Source: Verrucomicrobiota bacterium
GTDB taxonomy: Bacteria; Verrucomicrobiota; Verrucomicrobiia; JABWAM01
DNA: 56,109 nt
NCBI GenBank assembly: GCA_013288215.1
Contig: JABDCI010000007.1
Span: 1 to 56,109, forward strand
Reading direction: 5' to 3'
Position 1 is the first letter of the stretch; each line of letters opens with the position of its first letter. The translations under genes were made by a program, and so were the position numbers. The notes beneath the pieces were generated by a model that had not been told where the DNA came from, did not search any database, and worked only from the letters and a program-made list of their open reading frames with translations. Shown here one piece after another: positions 1 through 9,066 of the stretch.

Positions 1-83
1 TGCTGCTTTTCGCCAGCCCGACTCCCTCGGAATAACCCGATTTTTCAGTAACGCGAGTTTTTCATCCTCCGCACCCTGGAAAT

Positions 84-650
84 TTATTTGCTTCCGGGTT
101 TGACTGCCGGAACATCTTTCAAATCCGCTGGAATCTCCGCGGGTGAAAATGTTTCCACCGGCATCTTCACGAGCGAATGAAGCGCTGTGCCAAGGCTTAA
201 TTCGGCCGTGGAGCGATCCACGAGAACGGCGACGGCAGTCACGATTCCTCCATGGGCGCGCACAATATCGATGGCTTCCTTCACGCGTCCTCCTTGTGTC
301 ACCACATCTTCGGCCACGAGAAAACGTTCGCCGCGCACAATGGAAAACCCGCGACGCAACACAAGTTTGCCGTCCTCCTTTTCGACAAAGATGTGACGCT
401 TCCCAATAATGCGCGCGATCTCCTGGCCAACAATGATTCCTCCAATCGCCGGTGAAATAATCGTGTCAATCGCCTCGTCGTCGATTTTTTTGGCGAGCTC
501 TCCACAAAGCTTTGCCGCGAGTGGCGCGTGCTGCAAAACGAGGGCGCACTGAAAAAATTGGCGGCTATGCAAGCCGGAGCGCAGGATAAAATGGCCATCC
601 AGCAGGGCGCCACTGGACCGAAAAATTTTGAAGATCTCCGCCGGTTTCAT
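84..650 (-). CDS. pyrE: Orotate phosphoribosyltransferase
   Basis: GHFILRSGLHSRQFFQC and the PRPP-binding VAEDVVTQGG motif. Start moved to the ATG at 650 (MKPAEIF) because the longer ORF overlaps pilT. Confidence 0.93.
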   Translation of the reverse strand: MKPAEIFKIFRSSGALLDGHFILRSGLHSRQFFQCALVLQHAPLAAKLCGELAKKIDDEAIDTIISPAIGGIIVGQEIARIIGKRHIFVEKEDGKLVLRRGFSIVRGERFLVAEDVVTQGGRVKEAIDIVRAHGGIVTAVAVLVDRSTAELSLGTALHSLVKMPVETFSPAEIPADLKDVPAVKPGSK

Positions 651-711
651 GCGACAAAAATCTCGGAAGCCTGAAGGAGTGCCGCCCTGCAGCGCAAAAG
701 ATTCATAAAAA

Positions 712-1836
712 TTACTCTGCGGCGGCCTTGATGAGATCCTCTTCTGTCCAAAGCTGGCCTTTCGCAGTCCGGACATTCGGCAGCGCAGCCATCCGTTTGA
801 TCAGGTCATCTTTGACAACTGATTTTTGGTAAACTTCCGCGGCTTCGACGACATTTTTGGATACCAAATCGAGGAGAGAATCGTTGAGAGCGCACATGCC
901 CTCCTTGCGTCCGGTCTGGATGAGCATGGGAATCTGATGGATTTTGCCTTCACGGATATTTGCTCCCAGAGCATGGCTTCCCATGAGAATCTCCAAAGCG
1001 GCGACACGCCCCCCTCCTTTTTTCTTGCAAAGAGTCTGCGCAATGACACCTTTCAACCCCTCGGCAAGGCCAGCTCGCACCTGGGACTGCTGGTCGGCGG
1101 GAAATTGATTGATAAGACGATCCACCGTGCCATGCGCCGTGGTCGTATGCAGCGTGCCAAACACAAGATGGCCGGTTTCCGCCGTCTCCAAAGCAATCAT
1201 GATGGTTTCGAGGTCGCGCATTTCACCAACGAGGACGATGTCCGGATCTTCGCGCAACGCCGCGCGCAGAGCGCGCTTGAAACTGTCTGTGTGGGTGTGC
1301 ACTTCACGTTGGTTTACAAGGCATTTCTTGTTTTGATGAACGAATTCAATCGGATCTTCAATCGTGATGATGTGATCGCTGCGGTTTGAATTGATGAAAT
1401 CGATCATCGCCGCAAGCGTTGTCGACTTGCCGCTGCCCGTGGGACCGGTAACGAGAACCAAGCCCTTCGTCAGGAAGCAGAGCTTTTTTAATGAGTCAGG
1501 AAGATGAAGATCTTCGAAGGAAAGGATTTTTGATGGAATGAGGCGAAAGACGCCTGCGATTCCGTTTCGATCGGCGAAAACATTGCAACGATAGCGTGCG
1601 ACGCCTGCAATTTCGTATGCGAAATCTGTATCATGCGTCTGTTCCCACTCAGCGCGGTTTCGTTCGGGCATGATTTCGTAGACGAGGTTTTTGACCACGT
1701 CGGTCGTGAAAATCTGGTCACTCACCGGCGTCATCACTCCGCCGATACGGAACATGGGAAAAGTGCCGCTGGGGAGGTGGAAGTCAGACGCTTTCTGTTC
1801 CACCATGGCCCTAAAGTAATCATCAAGTACAGCCAT
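712..1836 (-). CDS. pilT: Type IV pilus retraction ATPase, PilT/PilU family
   Basis: Walker A GPTGSGKST, Asp box TIEDPIE, Walker B DPDIVLVGEMRD, His box GHLVFGTLH, and an AIRNLIRE-like ALGANIRE. Start MAVLDDY at 1836. Confidence 0.92.
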   Translation of the reverse strand: MAVLDDYFRAMVEQKASDFHLPSGTFPMFRIGGVMTPVSDQIFTTDVVKNLVYEIMPERNRAEWEQTHDTDFAYEIAGVARYRCNVFADRNGIAGVFRLIPSKILSFEDLHLPDSLKKLCFLTKGLVLVTGPTGSGKSTTLAAMIDFINSNRSDHIITIEDPIEFVHQNKKCLVNQREVHTHTDSFKRALRAALREDPDIVLVGEMRDLETIMIALETAETGHLVFGTLHTTTAHGTVDRLINQFPADQQSQVRAGLAEGLKGVIAQTLCKKKGGGRVAALEILMGSHALGANIREGKIHQIPMLIQTGRKEGMCALNDSLLDLVSKNVVEAAEVYQKSVVKDDLIKRMAALPNVRTAKGQLWTEEDLIKAAAE

Positions 1837-1907
1837 GGGATGGGAAGCTAGCAGGGCGCTGAAAAAATGGCAACGGTTGCGTTGCTGCAATTTCGCAGGT
1901 GAAAAAA

Positions 1908-2411
1908 TCAGTTGCCCAGATGCAATTTGTCCAATTCCGTCAGATAATCGCGGATTTTTATGGTCTCATGATTCAGAGTCGCCATTTTGCGCCCCTTTCC
2001 ATCCCGGATTTGTACAAACGGAAAATCGTCGAAACGGAGACTGCCCATGAGTTTGCCATTCGGAAACAGATAGATCAGCGTGGGATAGCTATGCGCATCA
2101 TATTTCTTTTGAAGTTCTTGATTCAGTTTCTTCACCCTCGTGGTTTGCGCATATTTTTTGGGAAAATCCACCATGACCAATATCAGATTGCGAGCCGCAT
2201 AATCCTTAAATTCCGGCTGGCTGAACACCTCTTTTTCCATCCTGATGCACGCCGGGCACCAATCAGATCCTGTAAAGAGAATCAGGATGGCTTTATTTTC
2301 GGAACTTGCGAGTTTCATTCCCTTGTCATAATCCAGCATCCACTCTGAATCTTCCGGAACGGCCGCGGCAAGAAATCCGCACAAAAAAAGGGAGAAGAGA
2401 ACATGTCTCAT
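1908..2411 (-). CDS. Secreted thioredoxin-family protein (thioredoxin_7/DsbD-gamma-like)
   Basis: N-terminal signal peptide; FTGSDWCPAC active-site motif; YPT cis-Pro loop. Confidence 0.85.
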   Translation of the reverse strand: MRHVLFSLFLCGFLAAAVPEDSEWMLDYDKGMKLASSENKAILILFTGSDWCPACIRMEKEVFSQPEFKDYAARNLILVMVDFPKKYAQTTRVKKLNQELQKKYDAHSYPTLIYLFPNGKLMGSLRFDDFPFVQIRDGKGRKMATLNHETIKIRDYLTELDKLHLGN

Positions 2412-2573
2412 GAAGGCTCCTTTGCTGGCTTGCTAGCTTATCCCCGGAAAAGTGTTCTGCAAGAACCAAGATGTCTCGAATGCCGGCGAATGGCTGAAAA
2501 TGCGTCTAATAGAAAGAGATTACCTTTGCTCAACCAGGTTTATCTATGCTATTCTCGCCTCATTCCCAATCAC

Positions 2574-3179
2574 ATGTACGAATTCTTCTTTTGGCAAAGC
2601 ATCGGTTTTATAGGTGGCGTCATTTATTGCAGCTTCTTTGAATGGACATTACACAAGTATGTGATGCACAAGAACTTGTCTTTTTTTCCATATCCTTTCA
2701 AAGCACATGCAGTGACTCACCACGGTATTTTTAAATCGGACCATACTTATCACATTCAGGACGAGAAGGATCAGCCCACCGTTCCAATGGCGTGGTGGAA
2801 TGCTCCGGCTATGTGGCTCATGCACATTCCTGCCATTCTGCTGCTGCAACATTTTGTGGGGCATTTCATCCTCTGTGGAGTTCTTCTGGCCATGATCGGT
2901 TATTATGCTGCCTACGAATATATCCACTGGTGCATGCATGTTCCTAAGAAACGGAACGTCGAACGCTCCGGCATTTTCTTTCGCCTCAATGGGCATCACC
3001 TGCTTCATCACCGTTACATGGGAAAGAATCTTAATGTCGTCCTTCCGCTGGCGGACCTGATGCTCGGAACGCTGGTTCCGCGTTCTCCGATCTCCTTCGC
3101 GCAGGCGCAGGGACCATCAGTTCCAGACGTTCAGCCACGCACCAAAACCCCTGCAGCAACTCAATGCCCTGTTCATTGA
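2574..3179 (+). CDS. Fatty acid hydroxylase / sterol desaturase family membrane di-iron protein
   Basis: His boxes HKYVMH, HAVTHH, HWCMH and HHLLHH with hydrophobic helices. Start MYEFFFW at 2574 is inferred. Confidence 0.85.
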   Translation: MYEFFFWQSIGFIGGVIYCSFFEWTLHKYVMHKNLSFFPYPFKAHAVTHHGIFKSDHTYHIQDEKDQPTVPMAWWNAPAMWLMHIPAILLLQHFVGHFILCGVLLAMIGYYAAYEYIHWCMHVPKKRNVERSGIFFRLNGHHLLHHRYMGKNLNVVLPLADLMLGTLVPRSPISFAQAQGPSVPDVQPRTKTPAATQCPVH

Positions 3180-3212
3180 TTGGACGGGCTTTTCATGGCA
3201 TGGTGAGCGACC

Positions 3213-3479
3213 ATGAAAGTTCTTAAGAAGCCGGAAACAATCACGCTTTATTCTCGCGGCATGTGCGGTTGGTGTATCGAGGCCAAGGAGTGGCTTGAAA
3301 AGAAAGGTTGGCCTTATACGCTGAAAGATGTCGGTCGCGACCTTGAAGCCCGCAAGCGAGCTTCGGATCTCAGCGGCCAAACGCTCGTTCCTGTCATTGA
3401 GATCGATGGACAGGTGCTTGGCGATTTCGATACCGGTCAGCTCGAAGATTTCCTGACGAAACACGGCTATTTAGCCTGA
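3213..3479 (+). CDS. Glutaredoxin / NrdH-like protein
   Basis: YSRGMCGWC, TLVPVI and GDFD glutaredoxin motifs; 88 aa. Confidence 0.88.
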   Translation: MKVLKKPETITLYSRGMCGWCIEAKEWLEKKGWPYTLKDVGRDLEARKRASDLSGQTLVPVIEIDGQVLGDFDTGQLEDFLTKHGYLA

Positions 3480-4249
3480 TCGTTCGCTTGATTGGGTATC
3501 ACTTGGTGAAAGTTGTCGGTTTTCATCACTTGACGCTCATTCATTTGTCCAAAAAATAAAATTCTAACGCAATAGGTCAGCTCCATGGCTTCCGGCATCC
3601 AGACTTTCTCCTCATGCAAATGGGCATCGTAATGGATCTGGAGATCCTGGAGTTGTACGAGATTGAACCACATCAAATGGATGGGCCTGTAGAGCGAACA
3701 CTCCGCATGCGCGATGGCTTTTTTATCGGCATCAATCCAAAGCCTGCCTTTGAGGTTTGACAGGACTTTTTGTTGCTGGCCGTGGGCAGAGACATCCCCT
3801 TTAGGCTCGAAATCAACAAGCCAGTGTTTCTTGCCTTTCCATTCTCTTTCTCCTTGCAGTGTGAAACGATAAAATGGACGCAACTCCCGCATTTTGATGG
3901 ATTCGGAAAACCTCCCTTCCTCCGAATTGTCCCTGCTGTTTGTCATGCCGATTCCCACTTGGGTCTTTTCATCCCCACCCTTCATTGCGGCGACGTTGAA
4001 AGAAAGCCGTCCTTCAGGACGATATGTCACCGTCTTTTTTTGTTCACTTTTAACATGCCCCTCGCTATCGAGCTTCTGGATCAAAAAATGCTGCTGGTAT
4101 TCCCACGTTTTCGCCCGCTCGTAATTCATATCTTCCTGTTGGATGACCTGATCGATCACTGCGTCGACTGACGGAACCGTCTGAACGACCCCCGGCGAGA
4201 CATAAGCCAGCATCACCGATAAGCTCCTTGCTAAGATGAGTGCGCTCAT
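3467..4249 (-). CDS. Hypothetical exported protein, beta-rich (possibly LolA/MucB-like fold)
   Basis: Long ORF with a signal-like N-terminus and a GRLWIDA...IAHAE pattern typical of periplasmic sorting-like proteins. The fold is an inference. Confidence 0.55.
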   Translation of the reverse strand: MSALILARSLSVMLAYVSPGVVQTVPSVDAVIDQVIQQEDMNYERAKTWEYQQHFLIQKLDSEGHVKSEQKKTVTYRPEGRLSFNVAAMKGGDEKTQVGIGMTNSRDNSEEGRFSESIKMRELRPFYRFTLQGEREWKGKKHWLVDFEPKGDVSAHGQQQKVLSNLKGRLWIDADKKAIAHAECSLYRPIHLMWFNLVQLQDLQIHYDAHLHEEKVWMPEAMELTYCVRILFFGQMNERQVMKTDNFHQVIPNQANDQAK

Positions 4250-5358
4250 CTATGTATCGCCCCTTGGAGAATTTTGTGACGAAACATATCAAATTGTTTA
4301 TCCCTGGCCCGATCGAAGTTTCGGATAAAACGTTTCGCGCATTCACGACTCCTATGGTGGGACATCGAGGAGCGTCCTTTCAGGAGCTTTATGCCGATCT
4401 GCAACCCAAACTTCAACAGTTGTTCTACACAAAAAATCCGGTTTTGCTCTCCACCTCTTCGGCATGGGGCATCATGGAAGGAGCCATCCGAAACCTGGTT
4501 CGTCCCGGCAAAAAACTGCTCTGCTGCATGAACGGAGCGTTCTCGGACAAATGGTTCGATGTCGCCCAATCCAACGGAATATCTGTCGAAAAGGTTCAGG
4601 TAGCATGGGGTCAGCCCATCGAGGCTCATCTTGTGGAAGCCAAATTGCAAGAAGGCGGCTTTGACGCAATCACAGTGATCCACAACGAAACCTCCACGGG
4701 CACGATGAGCCCGTTGACGGATATCGCCGCTATCGTGCGCAAATTTCCTGAGACGATGCTGATCGTGGACACCGTTTCATCGCTCTCAGTCGTTCCAGTG
4801 AAGATGGATGAACTCGGACTCGATGTGATGCTCGCCGGCACTCAAAAGGCGCTCGCCCTTCCTCCAGGCATGTCTGTCTTCGGTGTTTCCGCACGCGCTT
4901 TCGAACGGGCGAAAACCGTCCCCAACCGCGGCTACTATTTCGATTTCATGGAATTTCAGAAGAATCACGAGAAAAACATGACGCCGGCAACCCCTTCGAT
5001 CCCACACATTTTCGCGCTGCAATCGAAGATGAACGAAATCCTTGAAGAGGGCCTCGACCGTCGTTTCGCCCGCCACATGGCAATGGCACAGATGACGCGC
5101 CAATGGGTTGCGAGTCATGGATTCAAGCTCTTTCCGAAAGCCGGTTTTGAGTCGGTGAGTTTGAGCTGCGTCGCCAACTCTCACAATATCGATGTCGCCG
5201 CATGGATCAAGCGGCTGAAGGAACGCTACTTTTGTATCATCGACGGCGGCTATGGAAAATTGAAAGGCGCCACTTTCCGCATCTCACACATGGGCGACGA
5301 AACTCTCCATACGATTTCACAACTCTTGAAATGGCTTGAGGACACTCTGGAATCATGA
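4240..5358 (+). CDS. Class V PLP aminotransferase (alanine-glyoxylate / serine-pyruvate type)
   Basis: LFIPGP, HNETSTG, IVDTVSS, GTQKAL (PLP lysine) and FRISHMG. True start may be the GTG near 4276. Confidence 0.9.
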   Translation: MRSSMYRPLENFVTKHIKLFIPGPIEVSDKTFRAFTTPMVGHRGASFQELYADLQPKLQQLFYTKNPVLLSTSSAWGIMEGAIRNLVRPGKKLLCCMNGAFSDKWFDVAQSNGISVEKVQVAWGQPIEAHLVEAKLQEGGFDAITVIHNETSTGTMSPLTDIAAIVRKFPETMLIVDTVSSLSVVPVKMDELGLDVMLAGTQKALALPPGMSVFGVSARAFERAKTVPNRGYYFDFMEFQKNHEKNMTPATPSIPHIFALQSKMNEILEEGLDRRFARHMAMAQMTRQWVASHGFKLFPKAGFESVSLSCVANSHNIDVAAWIKRLKERYFCIIDGGYGKLKGATFRISHMGDETLHTISQLLKWLEDTLES

Positions 5359-5425
5359 AACTGGACTTGCCACGGCTCTGCTGCACGCCTTGACTTGCTC
5401 TGAGCGACTTGCCACTTGTTAGCTG

Positions 5426-7489
5426 ATGAAGGATGATGGTCAAGCTCCCGCACGGCCTTTCTGGGTTGACGCGGCTCTGCTCGTAGTGACTGTTCTCATC
5501 GCTTATTTTCCTGCGTTTTGGAACGGCTTTGTCTACGACGACGAACCTTACATTCTTGCAAACCCACTGGTGCAAGGACCGTTGAAGCTGAAAAGCATCT
5601 TCACGGAAAATTACGCGCCCGGGCGTGCCGAGCAAGGGCTTTATCGTCCAATCGTGACGCTCTCCTATTGGGTTGACCACCGTGTCTGGAACTTCGCGGC
5701 TCCCGGCTCCTTTAATGGATTTCATCTCACGAATGTCCTCATCCACGCATTAAACGCGCTTCTGCTCTTTCTGCTTTTACGCTGCTGGAACGTCCCTCGG
5801 GGGGCTTGCTGGTTCTGCGCGCTCGTTTTCGCAATCCATCCGGCTCTCAGCGAAGCGGTGACGTGGATCGTTGGCCGCGCAGAGTTATTGGGCACCTTTT
5901 TCGGCCTGCTTGCCGTCTACTTCTATTTTCGCCACCCCTCTAGGAATGGCTTTCTTATCGCGATTTTTTTCTGGCTCCTGGCGATGCTCTCTAAGGAACA
6001 ATGGATCGCACTACCGGTCGCCATCGCCATCTTGCAGACAGCGCGTCCTAAGAGGCCGGTGCGACGCGAAGCGCTCATCCAACTGCTCATTGCCAGCATT
6101 CTCCTCTTTGTATTTTGGTCCGTTCGCACCCTCATTCTGGGTGGTTGGCGGCCTTCGCTTGTCACCTATCAGGATGTCGTGACACCGTTGCAGCGCATTT
6201 GGACATCGCTCGAACTGATGTGGGGTTACCTTTGGGTCTGGTTTTTTCCGGTTTCATTGAGCGTGTATCATGCCATCGTCCCCGTCGAGAGCGCCTCTCG
6301 TGGATTGCTCTCTGCCGGCGCATGGATTTTTGTCTTTTGGGCAGCATGGCGAGCCCGTCCCTACTTTCCGTGGGCGTTCTGGGCCCTTGGATGGTTTTGG
6401 GCCCTCATGATTTCCGTTTCAAACCTGATCCTTCCCATCGGGACGTCTTTTGGCGAACGCTTCCTTTACGCTTCGACTTTGTTCTTTGCCCCCTTGATCG
6501 TCATGACCTATCAGGCTTTTCTTAGGTTGGCCGGAAAGACAGGACTCTCCTCCCTCCACGGATTGTTCGTGGGCGCTCCCATCTGCATTTTCCTCCTGAT
6601 CGGATTGGAGAATCGCCTGCCGGATTGGCAATCGAATCTCACCCTCTGGGAATCCGCTGCGCGCATCTACCCCCATTCCTTCGTGATCAAAGCGCCCCTC
6701 TCCGAATCCCTCTTGAGGGAAGGGCGTTTCGGCGAAGCTCACATTCTCGCGGCGGAGTCGGCACAACAGCTCGAAACACAACCTTTGCTCTACCAAAAAT
6801 TGTTTCTTCCACGCCTGATGCGAGTGGATGGAGCAGCCCAATCCGGAATGCGGCAAATCGCTTGGGCAAAACGCTTTTTTATAGCAAATGAGACTGCCCG
6901 ATCCTTCCAAACATCGGAGGCTCTCGCGCTTTACCAGAAACTTGCGGACGATTTCCCCGAACAACCTCAAACGTTCGAAGCAATCGGCAGCCTCTATATG
7001 CGGCTCGAGAATTATGAAGGCGCCCGCCAAAACCTGCAGGAGGCGATTCGGCTTGGCACCAAATCCGCAGGAGTTTTTGCACAATACGCCTATGCACTCA
7101 GCCAACTGGGGCACAAAGCGGAAGCTGTGCTTATGTATGACGAAGCTTTAAAACTCAATCCCAACGAATACCTGATTCAATCCAACCGCGCAACGGTTCT
7201 CGCCAATATCGGCGATCTGGACGCTGCACTCGACGGATTTCGTCAAACGATCCGCCTCGCGCCTTATTTTCTTGAGGCGCACCTGAGTGCCGCGAGCATT
7301 CTCATCCATCTTCAAAAATATCGAGAAGCGGAAAAAGAACTCGCCCAGGTGTTCAAACTTGATCCCAATCACGCGCAAGCGCGAGAGCTTCTGCGAAAAA
7401 TTCCAAATCCTCAAACCGTTTCATCCGAAACCGAGACTCCAAGTTCACCCTCCCATGTTCAAGATGAGCCGTCTCACTCGAAACCTTGA
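5426..7489 (+). CDS. TMTC-like GT-C membrane glycosyltransferase with C-terminal TPRs
   Basis: FVYDD loop, YRP, FHLTNVLIHALN, HPALSEAVTWIVGRAE, SKE and ERFLY, followed by TPR repeats. Confidence 0.8.
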   Translation: MKDDGQAPARPFWVDAALLVVTVLIAYFPAFWNGFVYDDEPYILANPLVQGPLKLKSIFTENYAPGRAEQGLYRPIVTLSYWVDHRVWNFAAPGSFNGFHLTNVLIHALNALLLFLLLRCWNVPRGACWFCALVFAIHPALSEAVTWIVGRAELLGTFFGLLAVYFYFRHPSRNGFLIAIFFWLLAMLSKEQWIALPVAIAILQTARPKRPVRREALIQLLIASILLFVFWSVRTLILGGWRPSLVTYQDVVTPLQRIWTSLELMWGYLWVWFFPVSLSVYHAIVPVESASRGLLSAGAWIFVFWAAWRARPYFPWAFWALGWFWALMISVSNLILPIGTSFGERFLYASTLFFAPLIVMTYQAFLRLAGKTGLSSLHGLFVGAPICIFLLIGLENRLPDWQSNLTLWESAARIYPHSFVIKAPLSESLLREGRFGEAHILAAESAQQLETQPLLYQKLFLPRLMRVDGAAQSGMRQIAWAKRFFIANETARSFQTSEALALYQKLADDFPEQPQTFEAIGSLYMRLENYEGARQNLQEAIRLGTKSAGVFAQYAYALSQLGHKAEAVLMYDEALKLNPNEYLIQSNRATVLANIGDLDAALDGFRQTIRLAPYFLEAHLSAASILIHLQKYREAEKELAQVFKLDPNHAQARELLRKIPNPQTVSSETETPSSPSHVQDEPSHSKP

Positions 7490-7503
7490 ACCTTGAACTT
7501 TGA
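7483..7503. repeat. Heptamer tandem repeat (ACCTTGA)x3, imperfect
   Basis: accttga accttga actttga spanning the TMTC-like gene stop codon. Confidence 0.7.
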
Positions 7504-7527
7504 ATCTCACGAGATAAGATCACCCGC

Positions 7528-7908
7528 ATGTCCTCCCCTGACCATCTTCGAGAAATCTTCCGGATGCAGGAAGAGTTGAACCAGCGCATCGGTGTCCACA
7601 CGAGCACCATGACCGACGAAGAACGAACCAAGTGGATCCTGAACTACACACGCGCGATGACACAGGAGATCGCCGAACTCGTCGATTCGGTGCCGTGGAA
7701 ATGGTGGGCCAAATATCAAAATTTCGACAAGCAGAATGCCCGGGTTGAAGTGATCGACCTGTTTCATTTTCTTATTTCCATCGCACAAGTCCTTGGGATG
7801 ACAGCCGACGATGTCTTCAACGCCTACGTGAAGAAAAACGCCGTGAACCATGAGCGTCAGGACAAAGGCTACGTCAAAAAAGACGAGCACGATTCGAAGC
7901 ACATTTAG
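7528..7908 (+). CDS. Dimeric all-alpha dUTPase (dUTPase_2 / MazG-like superfamily)
   Basis: EIAEL, WKWW, EVIDLFHF and KNAVNHERQDKGY motifs. Confidence 0.85.
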   Translation: MSSPDHLREIFRMQEELNQRIGVHTSTMTDEERTKWILNYTRAMTQEIAELVDSVPWKWWAKYQNFDKQNARVEVIDLFHFLISIAQVLGMTADDVFNAYVKKNAVNHERQDKGYVKKDEHDSKHI

Positions 7909-8027
7909 GCGGAAACTCCAGAGAAAGACTCCCGGTCTTGAGGGTCGCTATCGCATCCAGCTGTTCTCTTTGAAACAGCATGGGTTATCCCCAAGGATTG
8001 AGCCTTGACGAGAGATCCTCGTCGTTC

Positions 8028-9041
8028 TCAAAGCCGTTTGGCGGCTTTGAGGAAGGGCTTCATGTCGCCCATGAGCTCACTGAATTGATGAAGCGTTACC
8101 TGCTGGGCGCCGTCGCTCATAGCTTCCTTCGGATTCGGGTGCACTTCGATAATGAGTCCGTCCGCATTGACGGCGGCACTTGCCTTGCACATGGCGCTGA
8201 CGAGATCCGCGCGGCCCGCGCCCTGGCTGGGATCCACAATGACAGGAAGATGCGTCTCCGCCTTGGCAAGCGCCACCGCTCCGAGATCGAGTGTGTTGCG
8301 CATCAGCGTTTCGAAGGTGCGAATGCCACGTTCGCACAAAATGACGTTCGGATTGCCGTTGCTTAAGATATATTCGGCGGAGAGGAGCCATTCCTCGATC
8401 TTCATGCTCATGCCGCGCTTGAGAAGAATCGGCTTTCCCGTCTTTGCGGCCGCAACCAATAACGCGAAGTTCTGCGCGTTGCGCGCGCCAATCTGCAGAA
8501 TATCGGCGTATTCGGCAACGAGATCCACATCCGATTCGCTCAGCACTTCGGTGACGATGCCCAGGCCCGTGGCGGCTTTCGCCTTCTCAAGAAGCTTCAA
8601 GCCTTCGTGCTTCAATCCCTGAAATTCATAAGGCGAAGTCCTCGGCTTGAACGCCCCCCCTCGGAGGAACGTGGCGCCGGCTTTCTTCACGGCACGCGCG
8701 GTCTCCATGATTTGCGATTCGTTTTCCACGGAACAGGGACCGGCAATGATTTGAAATTTTTTGCCGCCGAAAATGTGTCCCAAAATATTGAGATGGGTCC
8801 CCTTCGGATTGGTTTCACGACTGACGAGCTTGTAACGGCGCTGAACCGGCATCACCTGGTCGACCCCCGACATGGAAATCAACGTTTCCAGGCTATGGTG
8901 CGCGCGTTCATCGCCAATCGCGGCGATCACCGTGCGTTCAACACCAAGAATGGGATGCGGCTTGTAACCGAGTTTGCGGATTTCCCGGACGACCGCTTCG
9001 ATCTGAGCCTTGCTCGCCTTCGCCTTAAGAACAACAATCAT
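8028..9041 (-). CDS. aroF: DAHP synthase type I-beta with N-terminal ferredoxin-like regulatory domain
   Basis: IAGPCSVE, GGAFKPRTSPYEFQG, LKRG, CERGIRTF and IIEVHPNP. Start MIVVLK at 9041. Confidence 0.93.
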   Translation of the reverse strand: MIVVLKAKASKAQIEAVVREIRKLGYKPHPILGVERTVIAAIGDERAHHSLETLISMSGVDQVMPVQRRYKLVSRETNPKGTHLNILGHIFGGKKFQIIAGPCSVENESQIMETARAVKKAGATFLRGGAFKPRTSPYEFQGLKHEGLKLLEKAKAATGLGIVTEVLSESDVDLVAEYADILQIGARNAQNFALLVAAAKTGKPILLKRGMSMKIEEWLLSAEYILSNGNPNVILCERGIRTFETLMRNTLDLGAVALAKAETHLPVIVDPSQGAGRADLVSAMCKASAAVNADGLIIEVHPNPKEAMSDGAQQVTLHQFSELMGDMKPFLKAAKRL

Positions 9042-9066
9042 AAAAAGTGGGTTTTTGAGAGAATTG

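Noticed and set aside
1-83. Possible gene start downstream of pyrE (GGAGG-ATG)
   Set aside because: That frame stops after six codons and the window edge prevents assessing the others.
712-1836. pilT as part of a pilus gene cluster linked to the H-X9-DG remnant or the flagellin
   Set aside because: Stand-alone pilT paralogues are common, no pilB/pilC/pilM-Q is present, and nothing but co-occurrence in the window links them.
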